Shown here piece after piece: positions 54,925 through 64,000 of a stretch of 64,000 nucleotides of DNA. This stretch comes from Eledone cirrhosa (taxonomy: Eukaryota), in NCBI GenBank assembly GCA_964016885.1, contig OZ024743.1:196788001-196852000 (forward strand), read 5' to 3'. Below the pieces are notes generated by a model, which saw nothing but the letters and a program-made list of their open reading frames with translations, had not been told where the DNA came from and made no database searches. Position numbers and translations under genes: made by a program. Each line of letters opens with the position of its first letter. Position 1 is the first letter of the stretch.

Positions 54925-57900
54925 CTACAGGCTTATGTAAAGAGAAGGCCCATTCACACGAGCCATTCTCGCCACTTTCACCCACCTTTCATAAAAACGA
55001 CTGGGGTGCAGCACCTCTCTCTCCATCCTGATCCTTCTTCCGAAATGATATCGGAAGAAACGGACCAGTTGTTGGCCAGAGAGAAAGGTGCCTGACCTCA
55101 GTCCTTTCAGACGCGTCCACCATACAACCTCTTTCGCCATGGCTATTACGCACAGAAACACCGCCTCTGCTTCATCTTTGAAGGGGGGAGGCGGCTTGAT
55201 CATTACAATAGACTCGGTGGTCAACCGGATCGGTCCCACCCTTGACAGCAGTTGTTCGACATAGCCCCACAGATCGGCTACGCCCGAGCAGTGTACCAAT
55301 GCGTGTGCAACGGTTTCCTCGTCGCACACGCATCTGGGACAGATCTTTTTGGCGGGGTCCCTACCCGGGCGCCCGTGTCTGTAGAGCCTTTCTCGAACGG
55401 GTAAAGCTCCTCGGTACCACTGCCAGGCCAGGGACTTCTGGAAGTTGTCCATAGGTCCCGGGCTGAATGTCCTACCGAACAGGCCGGCCAGTTCGTCCTC
55501 CTCCATGCCTAGGGCTTCTCCGAGGGCGTCGTCGCACCTGCTGCGTACCAGCCCTCTATAGAATGTTGCGGTGGAGTCTCCACTGATAACCGGATCCGCC
55601 TGCCAGAGGGCGGTGAGCGCCTGGGCACACTCAGTGTGCCAGGCGCCCAGTTTTCTCGGTCTTTGCTTGACCCAGGATTGCAGCTCGGTGAGTGAGACGA
55701 GTCTGGGAAAGGTTCGTCTCACAAACGAGGCCCACACCGGTTGTCCGGTGAGGAATACGTAGAGGTGCCGTAGCCTTAATGCGTGTTTACGCATCATTAG
55801 CCACGGCATCCCCAGCCCTCCTTTCGAAGGGTGTTGACAGCAGATGGATCTCCTCACCATAGGAGCCCGCCTCTTCCAAAGGAATTGGAAGAGCGCGCGC
55901 TCCATCTTGGTGAGGGTTTCCCTTGGGCAGGGCACTACGGTCAGGCGGTAGTAGATGACGGACGCTATGTAGGTGTTCGCCCCCTCCGCCCGACCTTTCA
56001 GGGATAGTTTGCAACTGGCCCACTTCTGGGTCAGTGCAAACACCCTGTTCGTAACCTCCGCCCAGTTTTTCTCCACCTGGAGGTCCGGTCCGAACCAGAC
56101 CCCGAGCAACTTCACCGGGCCCTCCGTCCAGCATCCGACGACGCCATCGGAGGGCATCGGTCTGCCCCTCCACGTGCCGAGTTGCAAACCGATCGACTTG
56201 TCCCGGTTCAGCTTAGCCCCTGTGAACTTTTCGTACTCCTCCAGTAAGGTGCCGACCGCCTCGATTTCGGAGGCCGTCGACACCATTACTGTCACGTCAT
56301 CGGCGTAGGCCGACACCGCTTTCCGCAATCCCGGTTCCAAAGGGATGCCCTGCAACAACTCCAACTTCCGCAGTAGTGGCTCGAGAGTCAACACATACAG
56401 AAGGGAGGAGAGAGGGCACCCTTGTCGGATGGACCGCGCGATTTTGAACGGCTCCGAGAGGTAGCCGTTCACCTTGACCCTAGAGCAGATGCGGCTGCTG
56501 TGCATAGCAGTGATTCAGCCCCTGAAAACGGGTCCGAAGCCTGCCGCCGCTAGCACCGCATCCAGGTAACCATGGTCGACCCTATCGAACGCCTTAGATT
56601 GATCCAAGTTGATCAGAGCCCCACCAAAGCCGGGTTCGTTCCCAACCCTCTCTATGATGTATCGCATGAGGTGGAGGTTGTCATGGATGGACCTGGACGG
56701 GATAGCGCATGTCTGCGCATCTCCCACCAGGTTGCCCACGACAAACGCCAACCTCTTTGCTAGCACCTTGGCCAAAGTCTGTAACTCTGTATTTAGCAGA
56801 GTTATGGGCCTGAAGTTACTTATTTCGTCCCCCTTGTTCTCATCCTTCCTCACTAGCGTGACTACGCCCTTGGTCACAGAACAGGGAATTCTCCCGTTCT
56901 GTTGCCAGTTGCAGTAGACCGCCTCGAGGAGATCGGGGAACAAGTCCGGCATAGCTAGATATAATTCGTAAGGAAGACCATCGAGACCCGGGGATTTGCG
57001 TTTGCCGCATTGGCTCAGCACGTCCTCTATCTCAGCGGCCGAAATCGGCTCCTCGCAGGACTTCGCCTCCCTGTCCGAGAGGCGCGGCAGGCCGTCGAGG
57101 TATGGACCGAAGTCCACGTTCCCAACCGGCTCCCCGCTCCTCCCGAACAGTCGGGCAAAGTGCCTTTGAAAGGCCTCACACATCTGCTTAGGCTCAAGAA
57201 TCGCCCGTCCATCCAGGTCTCGCAAAGACCGGATGGTGGATTTAGTTCCACTGTTGGCCTCTGTCACGCGGGCCCAGCTAACAGCTTTGGTCCCCTCGTT
57301 CCCTAGAGCACGTATCTTACTTCGGACAACGCAGCCTTCGTGCTTCGCGTCAAAAAATTGGCTCAAAGCCGTTCTCGACGCTAACACTCTGGCCACGTCG
57401 CCGCTTCTAATTGCCTCTTCTACTCTATCTATTAGCTCCCTTTCCTTCCTATTCCTATCCGCAGCTAGAACCTTACTAAATTCTATAGAGACTACTCTAA
57501 TCTCTCTCTTTATAGATACCCACCACCTGCTGTTGACGATCGCTCCAGTCAACCGTTCCTTAACTAACGTACTAATCCGATTCCTGTAGGCTCTACTTGC
57601 CGGCAAGGACAAGTTGAGCTTCCAGTAACCGGGGCCCTGTCTATGAGTTCTGTCAAGGTTGACCATGCAGGTCACTAATTTGTGGTCTGAATAGCCAACC
57701 ATGCGCATTTTTGGACAACTTAAAAAGTCCTTATCCTTAATTCTAACTAAGAACCTATCTAGGTACGACCTAGATGATCCGCTACGATTTGCCCAAGTCC
57801 AGGTTGGCGCAGTCGGAAAATCTAGTCGATATCTATCGGCCAGGTCAAATCGACCGATTAACCCTTTGAGGCTATTACACCCCTCTCTATCGGGGCAGGC

Positions 57901-58362
57901 CCCTACGTAGTCCCAGCGTGCATCTAGGATACCATTCCAGTCCCCCACTAATAGCAAGGAGCGGGACGTCCCTAGAAAAGTCTCCAGACGATGGAAGAAG
58001 TCCGGCCGCATTGACCCGAAAGGACCGTAGGCGGCTACCAACCTAAACGCTCCGCCTTTACCACTGCCAAGGTCCAGAACCACTAGTCGACCCTCCGGGT
58101 CCAAATGTACCATCTGTGTTGCGAGACCCAGATGTTTTTGCAGCAGAACGACAACTCCACCCCCACCTCCGGGCTGACAGAGAGATGCGTGCATCTCAAA
58201 GTCATCAAAGGTGGGGGCCAGCTGTCGCACGTTGCTGATCCGGGCCTCGCAAATAACCATCACATCTATACGTTGTGACCTGAGGTCATTTAGAAGCATT
58301 GCTTGCTTCCAAGCTGAGCCCAGGCCACGCGCATTTAAACAGCCTACTCTTAGCATAGCCAT
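54925..58362 (-). pseudogene. E2 ORF2p (APE, RT, zinc finger) with a single in-frame TGG>TGA stop
   Basis: ORFs 56515-58386 and 54925-56505 are in the same frame, and other copies read FRGWI at this site. Confidence 0.9.
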
Positions 58363-58386
58363 GTTGGTGGTGAAGAGAAAAGGCAC

Positions 58387-60176
58387 TTACCTCTCTGCGT
58401 CCCGGGTATCGGGCTGCACAATTTCCATTAGGGTGGGGGATGGGTTGTTGGGTGGGGTGGTGGTTTGTGGAAGTGTGGGGCATCAGTGTGTTGTGTGGTT
58501 GGGGAGCTTGGAGTTGTGTGGGTGTTTGGGGAGGGGGTGGGATAGTTTTTTAGGAGGACACGGTTAATGGGCCCGACGCAGGGGGGACCCATGTCCTCTT
58601 TAAAATTGTTTTTTAAAGTTTTATAGGTGTCCTGTGGGGCCTTAATCATTTTGAGGTGGGGGAAATCCCCTGCCTGGGTGAAGTTAGGCCCTTGTGTTTT
58701 TATTAGATTGTTGTTGTACACAATGTTTAACAGTTTTTTGTTTCTTGTATTTATGTATGTGTATGCATGTTTTTGTTTTTGTGTGGTGTTTTTTGTTTGC
58801 TGTTGTTGTGAGCTCTTTTGTGTTGGTGTCAGTGTTATGTTTTGGGGAGGGCTTTTTTTCATTTGTGTGTCTGAGGTGTGTTTTCTTTTTTTTCTTTTGA
58901 TTGTGTAGAAGTGCTCCTCCTCGTCTGACGACGAACTAGGGTCATCTTCCGCGTTGGAGGGGAGGGGTATATTTTCGGGTTGTGTTTGCGGTACGGGTGT
59001 TTTGGAAATTGTTTTTCTTTTTTGAGTGGAGGGGATGGGTTGGACATTGTTTTGTTTTGGTTTGAGCTGTGGTGGTTGTTTTTGTAGTGGTAGTTGTGGT
59101 GATTGTGTTGGTTGTGCAGTTGTTGGTGGTGTAGGCAGGATTGGGGTTTTCTTATTAAGTTGGGGACAGACAGCCCTCAGGTGACCTCTGGTTCCGCAGA
59201 GGTAACACGAGGGCCGTCTACCCTCAACGGTAATGTTGATGAAGGTTAGATCATCCAGTATGACGCGTTCAGGGATCTGGGCGATCCTTTCGGGCCTCAT
59301 TTGAACTACAAGTTCGAGGCTCGTTCCACTGAACGCGTCACCCGATGCCTTTCCCATGGACACCAGCATGTCATCCTCCAGGTCCAGAAAACCTGTCAAA
59401 ACCCACCATATGTCCATAATCGGCAGGATGGTGTGGATTTTTATTTTTTTGTGTGTTCTTCTACCCATGTACGTAGGGTAGAAGGTGTATGCGGTGGATG
59501 TGATTGGTTTGATGGACAGTTTCACTGCTGTGTCCCTGTCCTTCATGAGAATGGATAGACTCCCGTAGAGTCTATCCTTCTGAATGAAGGTGATGTCCTT
59601 CATGACGTCTTTTAACACCAGCTCTATCTCGCTCTGTGATGGTTGAGCTGGTTTTTTACTTTTGTTCGAGATTGTCCTAAACATGACCGTGTTTAGGAGT
59701 CTCTGGCTTTTTAGTTCCGGGGGGGAATGGATTGTGAATGAACCATTTTCTCCGTACACTATATATTTTTTCGCATCCGCCAGTAGCTCCTTCGCTTTTG
59801 TTATATCTACTGGCAGATAGTCGAGGGTTTTCCTTGTCGTCTCGGTGAAGGAGAAATTTTGTTTGTTTGTGTTGTTGTTGTCGTTGGTGGTGTTGTTGTT
59901 ATCATTGTTGTTGTTGTCACCGTTATTGGTCTTGTTGTTGTTGTTATTGTTATTGGTGTTGTTTTCGTCCGTCGCATTGTTGTTGTTGTTGCTGTTGCTG
60001 CTGGTTCTTTGGGTTGTTGCCATGGCAACGTCAAGTTGTCGGTTAACAGGTGGAGAGAATTCTTCCTCTGGCTGACCTTTCTTCTTGACCTCTGCTACTG
60101 TGACAGTGGCAGGGGGAAGCTGTAAGTTCATCTTCCCCTTTCCTCCTTCGAATTTTGGTGAAGAAGCTTCGGCCAT
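58387..60176 (-). CDS. E2 ORF1p (Asn-rich N-terminus, CCHC knuckle; late frameshift near 58480)
   Basis: MAEASSPK...CYLCGTRGHLRAVC; the E1 homologue ends DAER* at the equivalent position. Confidence 0.8.
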
Positions 60177-60414
60177 TTAAAAAAATATTGACTTTTCAAC
60201 AAGAAAAAACTTTTTTTTTTTTTGTTTAACTATTTCGCCTAAAGGCGTAGAATATTTTGAGAGACTGACCAGATCAAAGTTTGACCTGGCAGTCCCTCTA
60301 CAAAATGGTACAAAAATTAAAGTTATCAGACAAGAATTTCTATAGAAATTTAAACAGAACTTACTCAGCAAGTTATACGCGTGTGTCCATCCCAGAGATA
60401 GATAGATAGATAGG

Positions 60415-60486
<72 letters not shown>

Positions 60487-60488
<2 letters not shown>

Positions 60489-63400
60489 TGTTTCTTTTAT
60501 TTGCCACCAGGGCATCAAAAGTGGGACAAGTACAATGGGGGGAGTTTACAAAACAAGGCGTCCTCAATAGGGAGGAGGCAATAACAATATATAAAAAAAT
60601 AAAATATAACAAAAAATAGAGTTATAACAAAATCCTCAATAGAGGATTTTGTTATAAAATATAACAAAAAATAAAATTTATAACAAAATCCTCAATAGAG
60701 AGGAGGCGCCTTGGGGGGTCGCACACACCCCCGAAAAAAGTGTGCAACCCTTTTCCTCAGGAGCACAGAGAGGGGGTGCTCCCTCGTTCCTTCCTCTTTT
60801 CCACCTACAGGCTTATGTAAAGAGAAGGCCCATTCACACGGGCCATTCTCGCCACTTTCATGCCGTTCTCGACGCTAGCACTCTGGCCACGTCGCCGCTT
60901 CTAATTGCCTCTTCTACTCTATCTATTAGCTCCCTTTCCTTCCTATTCCTATCTGCAGCTAGAACCTTACTAAATTCTATCGAGACTACTCTAATCTCTC
61001 TCTTTAGAGATACCCACCACCTGCTGTTGACGATCGCTCCAGTCAACCGTTCCTTAACTAACGTACTAATCCGATCCCTGTAAGCTCTACTTGCCGGCAA
61101 GGACAAGTTGAGCTTCCAGTAACCGGGGCCCTGTCTATGCGTTCTATCAAGGTTGACCATGCAGGTCACCAACTTGTGGTCTGAATAGCCAACCATGAGC
61201 ATTTCTGGACAACTTAAAAAGTCCCTGTCCTTATTTCTAACTAAAAATCTATCTAGGTACGACCTAGATGATCCGCTGCGATTTGACCAAGACCAGGTTG
61301 GCACCGTCGGAAAATCTAGTCGAAATCTATCGGCCAGGTCAAATCGGCCGAGTAACCCTTGAGGCTGTTGCACCCCTCTCTATCGGGACATGCCCCTGCA
61401 TAGTCCCAACCTGCATCCAGGATACCATTCCAATCCCCCACTAAAAGCAGGGAACCGGACGTCCCTAGAAAGGACTCCAGACGCTGGAAAAAGTCGGGCC
61501 GCTCTGTCCCAAAAGGGGCATATGCGGCTACCAGCCTAAAGGCTCTACCTTCACCACTGCCAAGGTCCAGCACCACCAGTCGACCCCCTGGGTCCAAGTG
61601 AACTATCTGTGTTGCAAGGCCCATATGTTTTTGCAGCAGAACGACAACCCCACCCCCACCTCCGGGCTGACAGAGAGATGCGTGCATCTCAAAGTCATCA
61701 AAGGTGGGGGATAGCTGCCGCATGTTGCTGATCCGGGCCTTGCAGATAACCATCACATTTATAGATTGTGACCTGAGGTCATTTAGAAGCATTGGGGGGG
61801 GGGATTTTTTAGGAGGACGCGGTTGATTGGTTTGGCGCAGGGGGGGGGGGGGCACGTCCTCCGTGAAATTTATTTTCAGTGTTTTGTACAAGTTCATGGG
61901 GACTTGTATCATTTTTAAATGAGGTAGTCCCACAGCAGTTATAAAGTTAGGCCCTTCAGTTTGGACCGAAGGGTTTGCTGAAATTGTTTTCCGTAATTCT
62001 TTGTTGTCTGTGTTCATGTATGTATATTGTAAGGTCTTTTTTTGTGTAGCAGTTAGTGTTGTGTGACAGGGAGGGGTGGTTTGTGTCTAGTTTGTGTTCT
62101 CTTGGGGGGGGGGGGTTTAAAGTTAACATGTGTGTCTGTGGTGCGTCTCCTCCTCTTTCTTTTTACTTGTTGGAAGGGATCTTTTTCGTCTTGCGACGAA
62201 AGGGGTTCGTCTTCCTTGTTGGGTGGGAGGGGTATGTTTTCTGGTAGTGTTTACGGTGTGTATGTTTTTGTATTTGTTTTGGGTGGGGAGGGATTGGGTG
62301 GGACAGTATTCTGTGTTATTTTTTCACGTGTTTGTTGTTGTTGTTGTTGTTGTTGTGGTGGTGGTGGTGGTGTTGTTGGTTTTTGTTGTTGTTGTTGTTG
62401 TGGTGTTGGTGTTGGTAGCAGTGTTTTTTTGTGTGAGCTGGGGACAGGCAGCCCTCAGGTGACCTCTATTGCCACAGAGGTAACAGGAGGGACGCCTACC
62501 CTCCACAATAATGTGGAGGTGGGTACGGTCATCCAGCATGACGCGCTCAGGGATTTGGGCGATGCGTTCTGGCCTTATTTGGGTCAGAACTTCGATGCTC
62601 GTTCCACTGAACGCGTCGCCGGATGCCTTTCCTATTGAAATGAGGTTGTCCTCGTCTAAATTGAGGAAACCGGTTAGTAACCACCAGTAGTTTATGTTTG
62701 GTGTGATGGTGGTTATCCATATCCTCTGGGGTTTTTTACCCATGTGGGTGGGGAAGAAGGTGTAGTGTGTGGACCGAGTATTTTTTCGCCGCCAATTCGT
62801 CTTTCATCAATATGGATAAACTCCCATAGAGTTTATCCTTTTGTATAAAAGTGATGTCTCTCATCGCTTCTTTCAGTACTAAGGGAATTTCAGCTTGAGA
62901 TGGTTGTGCTGGTTTTTTTGTTTTATTTAAAATTGTCCGGAATACGACAGTTCGTAATTCCGTCTGTTTTTTTTAGTTCTGGAGGTGAATGTATAGAAAA
63001 CGAACCGTTTTCGCCAAAAGATACATATTTCTTGGCTTTTTCCAGCATTTCTTTTGCTTTTGAAATATCTTCCAGTACATACGCGACTGATAATTTAGCC
63101 GTTTGTGCAAAAGATATTTTGTTTTCGTTGTTGGTGTTTGTATTGTTTTGTTTCTCGTCGTTTGAGTTGTTTTCATCTTTGTTGTTGTTGTTGTCTTTCT
63201 CGTTTGGTGTGTGGATACTTGTGACGTTTGTGTTGTTGTTGTTTTTGTTGTCTTTATTGTTGCTGTTGTTGTCGTTGTTGTTGTTGTTGTTTTCAATTTC
63301 TTGTATAGTTGTGGCTACATCTAGTGGTCGGTCAACAGGTGAAGACAATTCTTCCTCTCTCTGACCTCTGCCTTTGGCATCTGCTGCTGTGACAGTGGCA

Positions 63401-63690
63401 GGGGAGAGCTGTGAGTATGACTTCCCCTTTCCTTCTTTGATTGATGGTGAAGATGCTTCAGCCATTTTTCTCAAAATAGGATTTTTCGAAGTTTTTCGAA
63501 AGATAAAATGTTCACAATACTATTTCGCCCAAAGGCGCAGAATATTTTGAGAGACCGACCAGATCAAAATTTGACCTGGCAGTCCCTCTACAAAATGGTA
63601 CAAAAATGAAAGTTTACAGATTACAATTTCCGGATGAATTTAAACAAAACTTACCGAGCGAGCTCAGCACACGTGTCCATCGTAAAGAGA
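60487..63690 (-). mobile_element. Tx1-like LINE copy E3, chimeric, internally deleted (no RT)
   Basis: 3' end nearly identical to E2's; junction at ~60860 removes RT; junction at ~61793 removes the ORF1/ORF2 boundary; ORF1 diverged; (TATC)n at 63695-63780. Confidence 0.88.
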
Positions 63691-63693
63691 GAG

Positions 63694-63779
<86 letters not shown>

Positions 63780-64000
63780 GCAAAGAGAGAGACAGATAGA
63801 CAGACCGAAAGAGAGCTGGTTTCTAATACAGAGACAAGACATGTTCAAGTGGGCGGTGCGTAACGTAAGATGACCTCTTATTATTTCCACCAATATTTAT
63901 AATGTTATTTATACAACTGTGAATTGATTTATTGTCTAATTTTATTACACTACAGCTTATCATTGACAATTTCTTTTATATGACAAGGTGTATTAAGACT

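Larger units (their letters stand above)
54602..60396 (-). mobile_element. Tx1-like LINE copy E2, nearly intact
   Basis: 5'UTR, ORF1 (582 aa), ORF2 split by one stop near 56515; (TATC)n on both sides. Confidence 0.95.

Noticed and set aside
60855-60865. E3 RT deletion as a splicing product
   Set aside because: Breakpoints lack GT/AG and do not match the conserved donor and acceptor; likely a genomic deletion.
61316-62017. ORF1-endonuclease fusion ORF
   Set aside because: Created by a deletion in a degraded copy with upstream frameshifts and no RT.

Overview
AT-rich, microsatellite-dense eukaryotic DNA with no recognisable host gene. It is almost entirely transposon-derived; the SINE types and repeat style suggest a mollusc, probably octopus (inference). 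Contents: a 5'-inverted RTE-clade LINE (1-2391); two head-to-tail Tx1/L1-clade LINEs joined at an (ATT)n tract (9.7-18.5 kb); a 24-kb co-oriented array of Tx1-like LINEs in which every copy is bordered by (TATC)n (39.8-63.7 kb); a Neptune-type Penelope-like element (28.6-32.9 kb); SINEs; a non-autonomous Helitron; a mariner-type MITE; and relics of R4- and CRE-like elements. Main observations: (1) in three divergent Tx1 families the ORF1 stop codon sits inside a perfect splice donor (AG|GTAAGTG), and in the array families the ORF2 stop TAG looks like a splice acceptor followed by purine-rich sequence, so ORF2 may be a precise intron; (2) about 20 type I hammerhead ribozyme (HHR) motifs from many unrelated sequence contexts, including a 420-bp tandem retrozyme-like array and a U3-A8 core variant; (3) apparent (TATC)n target specificity producing a self-extending LINE array. 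All folds and alignments were done by eye, and coordinates are approximate to a few bases unless stated.
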